A stretch of DNA of 64,000 nucleotides from Eledone cirrhosa (taxonomy: Eukaryota). Position numbers and translations under genes: made by a program. The notes beneath the pieces are model-generated. The model did no database searches. It was not told the origin of the DNA and was given only the letters and a program-made list of their open reading frames with translations. The stretch spans positions 275,280,001-275,344,000 of the forward strand of contig OZ024740.1 in the NCBI GenBank assembly GCA_964016885.1. The letters are read 5' to 3'. Of the stretch, positions 1 through 12,925 are shown in pieces; position 1 is the first letter of the stretch, and each line of letters starts with the position of its first letter.

Positions 1-689
1 TTAAAATAAAATTTTGTTGGATATAGATTAGCAAAATTTAATAAGTGGTGGTGGGGGGAGGTTGGAATAAGAGTGGGGTTTGGAAAATAAATCTGAAAAA
101 TTAATAAGCGGGGGGGGGGGGGGGGGGCGATTATTTGAGACCCATGTGTAGAACTGTATCTGATGAGTTACGGTTTCTCTGCCCTACCCTATTCCTTGGG
201 GTTTTTTCCACTGACTAAATTATAAAAGAAAAGAAAAAAAGAGACTTCATTCAATCAAAGCTTGCTGTAGTTAGAGGTCAAGTGATAATGTTATATGCTG
301 ATGAAGATACTCTCATGGTATGACCAAATGATATTTATTTTCAACGTAATCCCTGGAAAGAAACAATGCAGTTGAAATTAATGCATGCAAGATTTCACAG
401 CTCTAGCATTACTCCTTCGTAGTCATCCTTTGAACTTTTCAGCCGACCCTCCTATATGAAGAATATGAGATCTTGAGCTTGTAACTCATAACCACATACA
501 TTACTAAGATGACCTATATTTCTATTTGATCATAACAACCTGAAATTCTTTCTGAGAATTTTCATGGCTTTGTAACCATATGCTAGGTGTATAAAGCACA
601 GTGAGAGGGTGAATGCAGCAGTTGTAATATTAAGGTATTGTATTACCCAACACATGAATGTTGGTGCAAACCTCACAGTGTCTAATCCA

Positions 690-1690
690 CTTTGTCACAG
701 AACAAAGCACTGGACTCCCAATCCACCAGAATACTCTCTTCTGTCACCATCAATCTATAAATCACTATTGTTCTATTCATACTGTAGCTTCCTGCTGCCT
801 TTAACATATCTCCTTCTCAATCTACCTTCCTCTCCATTCTTCACATTTCTCAATATTTCCTGAACTTCATTCTCAGCTATCTACTCTGCTGATCTGGGAT
901 TATATTTGTACCATGAAAGCTATTCCTATCTCAGCCTTGTATAATCATGTAGATAAAATTATTGATGACAGCCTACCTGATGTGTACATAATGAGTTCGT
1001 TTACTTCTTTCTGGAATTAGACATTACATATTGACATCACAGCTTCATCAGCAAACTCTGAAATCTTTCCATCTTCTTCATTTTATGCCTATAGCTCTGC
1101 TTGACTTCTTCAAATCTCCTCCCCATATGTCCATTTAAATCCTATCATATGTTCAAACATTTTTTTTTCTATTGCACAACAAAACTTGTTTCTCTCTTCA
1201 ACATTCTGATCTGCCTATGGGGCATATCCTGAGATGATGTTCACCAAGTACTTTGTAATCGACAATTTCACCCTCATCAACTGTTCATTTACTCTAGTCA
1301 CAATCACCACACTGTCTACAAACTCTACAGAAATCAAGACACAAACAACATGTACACCTTCTAGATACCATTGCTACATAAATGTGTATTTCTGTCTTTG
1401 TTTTTTTCTCACTATTTTTCACTCCACTTCCCTTGCATCTTGTCATCTGCACACAATATATATCCATACTTCTTTTATTCATTGCCTCCACCAGTTCTCC
1501 CAATCTCCCTGTTATCGTTCTTACATTCCATGTCCCAAACCTCATACACCATTCTCCACAGGAAACATCAGGTACTTGGTCAACATTAATGGACTGAACT
1601 CCTCCAGTGTTTTAACTGGATTCCCTGTCTTGAGCTTTTGATAAGAGGGGCTGGGAACCTCCATAAGTTATTTCAGGCTGTACCCTACCC
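690..1690 (-). mobile_element. Highly degraded RTE-type LINE 5' fragment (APE endonuclease start)
   Basis: ORF 1294..1545 begins MRFGTWNVRTITGR..ELVEAM..DIYCVQ, the APE N-terminal motif. A further 'NIISGYAP' remnant lies downstream, with many stops. Confidence 0.75.
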
Positions 1691-3386
1691 ATATGTTTTT
1701 ATACACAACACATGGCCCTATTTGAAGCATTGTTTATGACTAGATGCCCATGGTGCCAACCCTTTTATTCATCTGTCATGGTATGCAGAGACATGGTGTA
1801 TCTATTCTAAACCAGAGACACATGGTTTACCAGTTCATGAGATTTGAGTTCAAATACACTGCTGTTCACTTAGCTGCTTGCAACTGATACTCAATTAATC
1901 TTATAAGGTTATTCACAGTAAATTGATGTTCTACCTAAGTTGAGTGCCATGTCATTGTTTTTATGATATGTAAACAATTAAAGACATACTCTAAATGAAA
2001 TTAAGCAATACTGGAGATATTCTTATGGATTCTTTTCTTGTAATTTGGAAGGAGTTATAATTTGTAGTTAGATATAGCTCCTAGAATATAGATACAAAAA
2101 TTCTAGACTGTGCTTGCAAATGTCTGCAAAAAGACAAAATGGACTGCATTTCAGTGAGCTGTAAGAAGAGGAAATATTTTATTTTTTAAATTGGACTATT
2201 CTTAAAATACAGATGGCTAGCTGAGTGAACTTGTAGATGACCATTTTCGGTGTAGGTCTGAAGAAAGTCTATCTATTAATGTATAAGATATTAAGTGTTG
2301 TTGTCCAGTCAACTGTAGCTTTCAATAACAGTGGAGTATGTCTTTCCATTTTATGTTGGTGTTGAAAGTCAGGTATTTTTATCATCTTAATGGCAGTTTA
2401 TCACTCATACTTAAATCAAATTGTCTCTTCAATTGCTGTAAGTGATGTCTGTGTAATGAGTAGAAGTTAGTATTGATGTCATTTGTTTGAAGATATATAT
2501 GTCCTCGCCATGGTTTCATACTATTGTAAACCTGTTAATGTTAAAGAAAGTTGTGGAATTTACTGGCTTTAGTGTTACAACAGTGGTGTACTTTTCTGCT
2601 TATTTTCAGTTGTATTTTATCAGCAAATTAAATTCACAGAATGAAGGAAATATCTGCCAAATGAGGTTTATTTTTCAACATATTCCCTGGAATGAAACAA
2701 TGCAGTTATTAATAAGAAGAGTTGAAATTAATACATGCAAGATTCCACAGCTCTAGCATAACTCCTTTATAGTCGGTCTATGAACTTTTCAGCTGACCCT
2801 TGTAGGTTAGATGGATCAGAAAGTTTGTGAGGGCCTGGGAAGTTAATTAATAAATCAAAATAAACTAAAGGAAATGACAGATTTATAGAAATTAATACCA
2901 CCACTTACTGAATCACCAGCTATCCAACAAGATCTACAAGGAGGAATAGATGATAAAATCCTCATTCTATTATGATGAATGATGATGATGTTGATAGTTA
3001 GAGATATTCCTTAATTTTAGATTTAATAAGCTATTGTTGTTTATCTGTAGGAGAGTCACATTGAAGCTGACCTATAATCAAGGCTGTTTCCTCATTCTCA
3101 GACTATCTGCTTCTTTCCTTCGAACAACATACAAAACAAACCCTGTACTAATTGTTATAATATATTTTTACCCTCAGAATGTTGGCTTTCTGGAATTGCA
3201 TTGCTTCAGGCATAATCTCAATCACATCAATCTGACCATTCTTGGTGACCAGTCAAAGGTCATGGGTACTGTGCCTATCATCCTGACTAAACTAATTGTT
3301 TTTTCATAAGAAAATGCTTTATTTAATTGAACTAACCTAATATATTAATTATATCTATTTTATCAAATCAAATTTTAAAAAATATA

Positions 3387-3554
3387 CCATATTTCCCGGC
3401 GTCGAACATGCTACTTTTTCCCTAAAATAAGTCTAAAACATCTACCATGCATCCTGGAGGCCAAAGGTTGTTTATTATTTTTTTTCAAATTTTTGGTTGT
3501 CAAAATTAGGGTGTGTTCTCGAGGATGAAGTGTCTTCGGCACCAGGAAATATGG
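3387..3554. mobile_element. Tc1/mariner (pogo-like) MITE
   Basis: Imperfect TIRs ccatatttccc / caggaaatatgg, with TA on both sides. Confidence 0.7.
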
Positions 3555-3889
3555 TAAATCAAGCAAATTCTGACTCCAGTAAATTTTAAACCCCAATTCT
3601 TTAGGAATAGAAATTAATTCTTAAATATCACTATCTTTGCCAGACTAGTTAAGCAGCATACTATAATATCATGACATATCTAACCTAATATCAATAGATG
3701 ATCAATGAAGCAGGATTGATTTATCTTGATGAGTCAATTAAAGAATTGTTTGGTGTAGTTGGTTTATAAGAAATTGAATAATATAGATGTATAAATGTGT
3801 TTAGATTAGTTAGCTATTTCATGTATTTATTTATAAAATTGAACAAAACTGATTTAATGGATGGAAACTGAATTTCTATTTCTGAGAGG

Positions 3890-4305
3890 TGGAATTATCA
3901 TTATAATACAGTAGAGCATGGAAAAACATGCTTCACAGCATAAAGTTATGTCCTTTTACGTTCTGAATTCAATATCCAGCCAAGGTTAGCTTTGCTTTTC
4001 ATGCTTACAGGGTTGATAAAATAAAGAACTAGTAATGGACTGGGGTCGATTTAATCGACTATCTCTTCCCCCCAAATTGTTGGCCTTGTGCCTAAATCAG
4101 AAACCATTATTATTAAGGGTGGTGGAGTGGTAATATTGGTAGAGCATTGGACGCCCTGCCTCATAGCATAGAGTTACGGCCCTTTACGTTCTGAGTTTAA
4201 ATCTCACAGAGGTTAGCTTAGCCTTTCATCCTGACGGGGTTGATAAAACCGTCTTGCCCCTCCCCTAAAATTGCTGGCCTTGTGACTAAATCAGAAACCA
4301 TTGTT
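3890..4305 (+). mobile_element. Two tandem copies of tRNA-derived SINE family A
   Basis: B-box-like gagtttaaatc and the conserved body gcctttcatcc..ggggttgataaaa..gctggccttgtg..agaaacc, shared with about 20 copies in the window. Confidence 0.8.
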
Positions 4306-5932
4306 ATATACTACGGTTATATTTAGCCAAATGTTTTCCTTGTTTTGTTGTTGTTATGGTCACAATGTCTCTGCCAATAAGTTATATATAGAACGACTAA
4401 GATGTGGACACTAATCTGAATATACTTGTATCAGTGTATAATGATGTAAACTAGTTTTAACACACATTTTCTATCTTTGGATGGAGAAGCCTTGCATGAA
4501 TATTTTTTCATTGATGTTTACTTGTTTTTCTCTTAAATATCTCCCTTACATGAGGATAGAATTTGTGGTAAAGACTCCATGTGTTGAAAATAATAAACTG
4601 TTTGACATATGTTTTTTTAGTGAATATCCTTAATGTTTCTGTAGGTTATCCAAGTTGTCAGCGCTAACTACAAAGTTTATTTGTGAAGGCTATCAATTTT
4701 CATTATGTTTATATGACACAGAGTTCCTTGAGGTGTTGTCAGCCACAATCTAAAAATTGCTGGTTGAGAAAAGCAGAAAATCTGAGCAGGAATCACCATT
4801 ATACTGTATAAAGATTCTCTGTTGATTTCAGCAATGATAAGTGTTCCTATCATTTGGTCAGTAGAATTACCTATATTTGTATTATAGTTTAAGTAATAGT
4901 CAACCATACGTCTGTATGGTTGACCCATTACCATTTACGTTATTCTATATATACTATTAGATTTTCGCAGTAAAGGCTTTATCTCACATAATATCGAATC
5001 TATGACATTTTGATATTATTTATTTTGAGAACAATAACTTAACATTAATATCTGGCCAATTATAGTCAGTTTGAACAGAAAGAGGTGAGGGAATTCTTAC
5101 TGGATATGGCCAGTTTAAGGAGTAAAGGAGCTTGCTTTTTGACTATGTGGTTTAGGGATCACTCTCACCACCTAGTACCCTATGCAAGTGTCAACTTATC
5201 AGTCACTAGTACTTCCCTACAGGCTCTGACTGAAAATTCTGCATACATTTATACCCACTAATGTAATATCTAGGCTGGCCTTTTGAATTTCCAGTAGAGT
5301 CCATTTGACTGGCTTTCACAGAGTTTTTACTTATCCAATTTTGTTCACAAGGTATTGGCTAATCCAAGTGTGTGATATTTAACACTAGCACAATATGCCA
5401 TGCTGTGGGATTAAATCTGAAACAATAAATTGCAATGCAAACTTCTTAAGCACACAGTCATGCATGTATATTACTTGATCTTCAAATTTCATATCTCAGT
5501 TTGGGATAAAACCTATTGACATTTTATTAAAATATATTTCCGACAGCTAGCTGAAATTAGAGAATAGTGTTCCATCCAAATATGCAACAAAATTGTTGCT
5601 GCAGATTTGAACCTATATCACATGAGCATATACAGTAGTCTACTCCCTTATTGACTCAACCAGTTTTCATATAGTTTTGGCAATTCATCAGATATACATA
5701 TTTGCATAAACATATACATATATATGCATTCATTTACTCTTTTATTAGTCTTAGTCATTGATTTGTAACTAAGCTGGGGTATTGCATTCAAGTGTTTTAG
5801 TCAAAAATTGAAGCTAGTTTTATTTATGGGGGACATTTATTTTATTGAAACTTATAAGTCAAAATGTTGTTATAGGAGATAGATGGATACAATATATACA
5901 GCACTGGTCATTATATCTATATATATATTATA

Positions 5933-6615
5933 ATTGTCTATAGTTAGTATTCTTTTCACCTTAGCAAATTAGGTCCCTTACGATTTGAACACATATATCT
6001 ATATATCTGTGTTCGCTTTTCTTTTATATTCTATTATAATATACGGCTCAGAAATATCTCTTTCTTAGAGCTATTTTATTGTAAGAGACTATTTTGAGTT
6101 CTTAACTCAATATATACATTTAATATATTTGGCTCCATTAATTTGTTGAGCCATTTCAAATGTCGAGTAAGCCTGGCTGCTATTTCTAGTGGTGTGGGTT
6201 TATGAGACTCGCTAGGAAGCCATGTGCACTGTTTTATATCCTATATATAGCATACATATATGTGTCTAGGATACTAATTCATCACCCACTGATGAGCTTG
6301 GATTAGTGTTTCTATTCACAATTAATTTTGCGAAACAACAATAAGTTGTCTTGGTGATTGGTAGTTACCACAATTCCGGTTTGTATTTATTTTCTTAATT
6401 TTTTCTTAAATTGAGACAAGCGAACCCTATTGTCTACAGTTAGTATTCTTTTCACCTTAGCGAATAAGGTCCCTTATTTGAACATATATATATATATATA
6501 TATCTGTGTTTGCTTTTCTTTTATATTCTATTATAATATACGGCTCAGAAATATCTCTTTCTTAGAGCTATTTTGTTGTAAGAGACTATTTTGAGTTCCT
6601 AACTCAATATATACA

Positions 6616-6626
<11 letters not shown>
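5933..6626 (+). mobile_element. Non-coding direct-repeat element with hammerhead (retrozyme-like or PLE pseudo-LTR remnant)
   Basis: ~190-bp direct repeats start at 5933 and 6429 (period 496), with (TA)n on both flanks and a hammerhead in the unique middle part. Confidence 0.75.
6281..6358 (+). ncRNA. Type I hammerhead ribozyme
   Basis: atcaccca-CTGATGA-gc[..]gc-GAAA-caac aataa gttg-TC-ttggtgat. The core is intact, with a G10.1-C11.1 pair, a 5-bp stem III, and stem I with one mismatch. Confidence 0.8.
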
Positions 6627-6655
<29 letters not shown>

Positions 6656-7307
6656 ATATATATATATAGAGAGAGAGGGGGGGGAGAGAGGCTAAATAGC
6701 GAGTCTTATTATTCTGGAGTAATAAGACTCACTATTTAGCCTTAATAAATGAATATTAAAACTTTAATTCAGTATTGAACACTCTTTTCTCTCAGCCATC
6801 AACTAAATATGAATGTATTTATGTATTACATGCTGTAGGCTTCTGCATAATTTGAAATCAAATTACACACGAGGTTGTCTTGCTTGGTTACATGACAAAT
6901 AGCACCCATCCCATCCTGTAAGTTGATAGTGCTGGTGCTTACAAAAAAGGCTCCTCCATCCATGTTGAAATGTGTTTTGCATTAGGAAAGGAATCCAGCC
7001 ATTGAAAATGAAGCCCAAAACAGATTATATAAGCAAGATTGAGTCAACTGAGTTGTCTAGCATCATGACATGACAACCCAACTAATTCATCCAAAGATGA
7101 AAGATAGACGTTGAGGATGATGATGATGATGAGATTTGTCAACTCAATGCTATTGTAGAAAACATAATTACTGTGCACTATTTCAAACCTGCAACCTCAT
7201 AGTTGTGAAGTGAACTTAGTAACCATAACACTATCTCTGCACCCATATGTATTTGTAGTTAAGTGAATGGATGTATAATTATTGTTTGTAACATCAAAAA
7301 AGTTTAA

Positions 7308-8027
7308 CCCTTTAGCATTTACATTACTCTACATTTATTATTGTATTTTCAAAGTAAACACTTTATCCCATAATATTGAATCTACAAGATTTTGATGTTA
7401 TTTATTTGGAGAAAATTAACTTAATGTAAGTATGGCAGCTGGTTACAACCAGTTTGAACAGAAAGAAGTGAGAGAATTTTGGTCGGGTACGACTGGTTTA
7501 AATGCTAAAGGAATAAAGTAGGGTCCACTATGCAGCATGAGAAAATAAGTATTAGCCTCTGACAAATATCATTTTCTAATTCATTTTCACATGTTTTATT
7601 AAATGTTTCTAAAATGTTTCTCAGAAGAAGTATTGTCATGCATCAATTTACCAATGTGTTTACAAACTAACAAAATATATATGTGTTTGAAACACTCTCC
7701 AGTTTACAAATTTATTGCCATATCAATACAGGAAACAGAGGCTTAATATGGAAACTTGATTAGGAAGGCAAATGACGTAGTGTAGCAGACATAGGTAAAG
7801 TAATATTGTAAATACTTTGTGAAATATTTAACTTCTTAGCATTTAAACTCTCACCTCTTTCTGTTCGAACTGGTTGTGACTGGTGACTCATACAGACGTT
7901 TATGTGTTGTTCTTATAATAAGTATCAAAATCTTATAGGTTCAATATTATGTGAGATAATTATATGAGATAAAGACTTTTCTGTGAAAATACAATAGTAA
8001 ATATCGAGTAATGCAAATGCTAAAGGG
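7308..8027. mobile_element. Two piggyBac-like MITE copies in opposite orientation (7308-7512, 7832-8027)
   Basis: Termini ttaa|ccctttagcattt ... aaatgctaaaggg|ttaa. Other copies lie at ~4930-5128, 23845-24057, ~26275-26483 and ~59604-59821. Confidence 0.75.
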
Positions 8028-8920
8028 TTAAATTCATCTATCTGTGATTGAAATTTTTTATCCCATCATGATTATCTTTGTCTTTCATGCTGCTAAGTTT
8101 GACCAAATTGACATGTACTGATTGATATTCAATGGGATCAATTTAGCTCTTCATAAACTCCCTTTCCTACACTACCTTTGACCCTACAAATCTGTGTGCA
8201 TATAAATATATACTTATTATATATTTACATTATCTTCACCCACATGAACACATTAACATACAAGCAATTATATCTTTCTTTCATTCTTTCTTTCTTCAGA
8301 CTCTCTATATGTTTACTTGGCAATTCAATTGCTAATACTTTGGACAGTTACACTAAGGTTGCCATTTTGTTATAAAACTACAACAGAATAAAATGTATCA
8401 AGAGTAAATTTTGCATACTTGTTTGACATGAATAATGTAATATTGGCCATCGAATAATATTGCTTTTCTTTCCATGCATATTTCATCTTATTTTCACTTT
8501 TTAATGGTCTAAGCATATAATATGCTTTTACTCACTAAATCAATTGTTTTATTGTACAACATATTGTGTAATCTGTTAAGTATATATAAACATGCTTAGT
8601 TAAAACAGATTTTTAACACTGAGCCAACTTTACAGAAAGACTAAGTATGTTTACATATATGAAACAGATTATGTCAGTGATAACAACAACCATCAAATGA
8701 GGAAGCTTCCATGTGATTAGTTGACCTGCTAGAAATAGCAGTCAACATCTTCACACTTTAAAATATTTATGAAAAAGAAATTCCTGGATAAGGTAGTTCT
8801 AAATATACTGTGTCTGTATTAAAGACACGATGGTCATAACTGGAGTACCTTGTACCATATGTCTAACATGGGGTTAAACATTGATCATGATATATACTGG
8901 GACATATACTGGGACATCCC

Positions 8921-9102
8921 TACTTTTGACACAAGGCCAGCAACTACCACTGTGCATTGCAAGTGCTTTATTTTATTGACCCCATAATGATGAAAAGCAA
9001 AATTAACCTCGGGGAGATTTGAACTCAGACTGCAAAGGGCCATAACTCTATACTTCAAAGCATGTTGTCTGACACTCTACCAATACTGCCAATCCACCAC
9101 CC
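8921..9102 (-). mobile_element. SINE family A copy
   Basis: Reverse complement of the family A consensus (gatttgaactcag, tactgccaatccacc). Confidence 0.8.
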
Positions 9103-9459
9103 TATAATATATGAGGACCAGGGGAATTTAATACCTGCTTTTATAGCAAGTTAATGCAGGTATTTATCTGCCCGACTTCACTTTTATTACAGGTAATTGA
9201 AAAAAACCCACATTTATCGAATGACCCAATATTTTGCTAATAAAGTGTGTAATAGTTTGATAAGCTAAATGTAACAGCAATATTATTGTCAGCAAACTTC
9301 CTTCTATTTTTCGAGCCAGAGAAAGCCTGCCAGATAGTCCTATACGAGCGAGACATGGTCACCCGAACAACCTTGCCTCAAGTGGCACAACTCCCGTCTA
9401 ACACATGCTAGCGTGGAAGATGGACGTTAAACGATGATGATGATGATATATATATATCA

Positions 9460-12400
9460 TCATCATCATCATCATTTTACGTCCGCTTTTCCCTGCTTGC
9501 AAGGGTAGGACGGGTCTTATTCAGTATAGCATCTCTCCACTTGTCACGGTTCTTCGTCATTTCCTCCGTGAGATTCAGCGATCTGAGGTCTGTTCTCACC
9601 ACTTCCGCCCATGTTTTTTGTGGTCTACCTCTACCACATCTTCCTTCAACAGGCATTTCCTGGCACTTCTTCACCCATCGGTCACCCTCCATGCGCATCA
9701 CATGTCCATAGCACCTCAGTCTCCCCTCTCGCACACTACATTCTATCCCTCTCAGACACAGATTCTCTCTCAACACATTAATGCTGGGTCATTCACGCAC
9801 ATTGACATTGCACATCCAACGGAGAATGCTTGTCTCATTTCTCTCCAGCCATCGCATATCCGCTGCAGTTGCTGCCCATGTCTCACTACCATGCAACATC
9901 GCGCCCCTCACACAGGCATCATATAACCGGCCTTTCGTACGCAGGGAGAAACCCTTCTTTGTCAGCAGAGGAAGCAGCTCCCTAAACTTCTTCCAACCCA
10001 TCCTTATTCTAGATACTATGCCCTCGGAACACCCCCTCCCATGCTAATCTGATCTCCTAGGTACTGGAAGCTATCCACCACTTCTATAACAGCCACCTGC
10101 ATTTGAAAAAATGTGTCTATCAACGCGACTTCTACTGTCTAATTTCCCTGTACATCTACTGCATACATATTTCTCCCTACCTGTTAGTTTGCCTGCTATC
10201 CCGCTACATCTCTTGTATACCCAGGATCTGCATTGTGTGCATTTTATAGAATTTATGCCAGTTCCTTTTCTGCATATCGAACATAACCATTTCCCTGACG
10301 GAATCAGAGTTTTGTCCTCTTTTCTACTCATCAACACTTTTGTCTGAGTTAGGTTCACTCTCAGTCCTCTTGCTTCCAACTGCTGTTTCCATAGCCAGAA
10401 TTTATTCTCTAGCTCCTCTACTGATTCTGCTATAAGAACCAGATCATCAGCATAGAGAAGTTCCCATGGACAGCCAGTCTTAAACTCCTCTGTAATGGCT
10501 TGGAGGACTATAATGAACAAGAGCGGGCTGAGGACTGAACCTTGATGTGCTCCTACTTGTATCTGGAATTCCTCACTAAACTCCATTCCTACCTTGACTT
10601 TACTGACAGCACCTCTGTACAAAGATTGCACTGTCCTCACAAGCCATTCCTCAACACCTAGTTTTCTTAGGGACCACCAGATGACAGATCGGCGTACCCT
10701 ATCAAAGGCCTTCTCTAGGTCAACAAAGGCTAAGTATAGTGGCTTATTTTTCTCTAAGAACCTCTCTTGTAATTGTCTCACCAAGAAGAGGGCATCTGTT
10801 GTACTCTTCCCAGGCACAAAACCAAACTGCATCTCATCTAGTTTGACCCTTTCTGTAATTAGTTGTGCTAATATCCTTTCTGCCACTTTCATAACCTGAT
10901 CCATCAGTTTTATATCCCTATAATTGCTCCTCTCCAGTGCATCCCCTTTACCTTTGTAGCAATTTATGAGAATACTGCTGCACCAGTCTTTGGGTATGAC
11001 ACCACCATAAATAGCCTGATTGATGATGCGTGCAACCAGTTTAGTGCCTACGTCCCCTGATGCCTTCAGCATCTATCCCCGATGGTGCAGCAGCCTTACC
11101 ATTTTTCATTTCCTTAATCGCCTCTTGGACCCTATATTCGTCAATCTCAATAGCTGGTCCCTCTGTCGGATCTACTGAGGGTAATTTCTCTCTCTCCCAT
11201 TCGTTCTCCACATTCATCAGTCTCTCATAATGACATTTCCAGGCCACCATTTTCTGATCATTCGTGACACTAAGTACACCGGCATTTATCTCCAACAGCA
11301 TGCTGATTTGCATTGACACACTGCCTTGCAATGTGGAACACCACACTCCTCTGATCTTCCCGTCGCAGAACATTGGCAAACCTCCCTGCGTGTTAAGTAC
11401 ACCTGACGTCTAGCTTCTCTCTTAGCGGCTGTATATCCTTCTCTACTCCCACCCTTTTTCCAAGCCCTCCATGCTAGTCTTTTGTCTCTAATGGCCTTAT
11501 CTACTGTGCTGTTGCACCACCAGGCCACTCTCTGTCTGGTTGGAGCTCTGCAGTAGCCTGCAGCAAGTTGTCACGTAAGAAATTCCAGTTATTATCTATG
11601 TCATACGTCTCTAAATCGTCTTCTTTTTCGTCATACACATCTGGAAGGGCTTTCCTAAATTTGTATTTTAGTGAAAGGTCTTTTAGTTTCCAGACCTTTC
11701 TTCTCCACACCTTCCTGTATGTCTCATTCCATCTCTTTCTTACTGAGATATCACTAATGACTAACCTATCCTGTGGGGTACATTCTTCCCCAGGGTATGC
11801 CTTGGTATTAGACACTATCTGCCTGTCCCGCTGCCTAACTATAAGCAGTCAATCTGACTTATGTGCTCACCAGATTTGTAGGTTATTAGGTGGTTGGCAG
11901 GTTTCTTGAAGTTAGTGTTGCAAATAGTCAGTGTACTTGCATCACAAAATTCAAGAAGTCTCACTCCTTCTTCATTTCTTGAGCCGTAACCGTGCCCACC
12001 ATGTACCCCAGTGTAACCATCCTGGAGCTGTCCAACATGACCATTGAAGTCCCCTGCTAGCATAACGATGTCTCCGTCCTCTGTCATTGCGGTTGTTTGT
12101 AAAAGTTGCTCGTAAAAGCAGTCTTTCTCTTCTTTGCCTAGGCCTGCTTGAGGAGCATAGGCAGAGATGATTGTCAGCAGTCTTCTGCCTACAACTAATC
12201 TAAGCTTAATTATTCGATTACTAACTTGAACTACCTCTATTGTCTTATTGATCCATCTCTCAGCCAGGAAAATGCCTACTCTCCCATCATCCTTACCTAC
12301 CCAGAAAAGCTTAAAGCTAAGATGTTTGCCTACAACTAGTCTCGCAGAGGCACCTCTCCATCTTACCTCTTGCACGCAGCACATATCCACATGCCCTCTC

Positions 12401-12660
12401 TCCAGCATCTCCACTATTTCCGCAGATCTACCTCTGAGAGTGCCAACATTATGTGTTGCAACTCTGAGATGCGACGTCTTCATATTTTGTTGTTCCTATC
12501 TACTTGTTTCTGTGCTAATAATCGTTTTGGCATTGATACACTGGTTGGATGCCCTTCCTAACACCGGCGCCACTTTACAGCATGGATTGGGTGTTTTTAT
12601 TTGTGCCACCAGCACTAGAGAGGATGTCTTACTAGACTCAAGGGCCCTCTCTAACCCCTC
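9460..12660 (-). mobile_element. Near-full-length RTE-clade LINE, inactivated by frameshifts/stops
   Basis: Collinear ORF pieces: APE (ATHNVGTL, QEVRW, SAYAPQ, GDFNGH, QID) at 11839-12483; RT (QFGF, DLEKAFD, QGSVLSP, LLYADD) at 10071-11072; C-terminus (RLRCYGHV, GRGRP) at 9477-10001; (GAT)n tail. Confidence 0.95.
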
Positions 12661-12679
12661 CATTTTTATATATGTGTGC

Positions 12680-12741
<62 letters not shown>

Positions 12742-12743
<2 letters not shown>

Positions 12744-12925
12744 CATCAACATCATCATCATCATCGTCGTTTAACATCCATTTTCCATGATAGCATGACT
12801 TAGATGAGTTGGCTTATTTGAGGCAAGTTAAGGTCAGATGACCCCATCTTGCTCATACAGAACTGATTTTGGCTTGGTTTCTACTGCTAGATGCCCTTCA
12901 TAATGTCAACCATATTTACATTGAG
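12742..12925 (-). mobile_element. RTE-derived non-autonomous element/SINE (family B)
   Basis: (cat)n-gtttaacatcc tail plus the gatgcccttc motif. Similar copies lie at ~19365-19530, 23380-23640, 50135-50600 and 62820-63050. Confidence 0.7.

Noticed and set aside
158-185. CTGATGAG as a hammerhead core (also 299 and 40625)
   Set aside because: No correctly placed GAAA or closing stems. The latter two lie inside a MITE and a SINE.
4677-4934. Short ORFs in unique-looking DNA (also 3034-3309 and 63503-63715) as host genes
   Set aside because: No recognisable domain and no consistent splice chain; the lengths are expected by chance.
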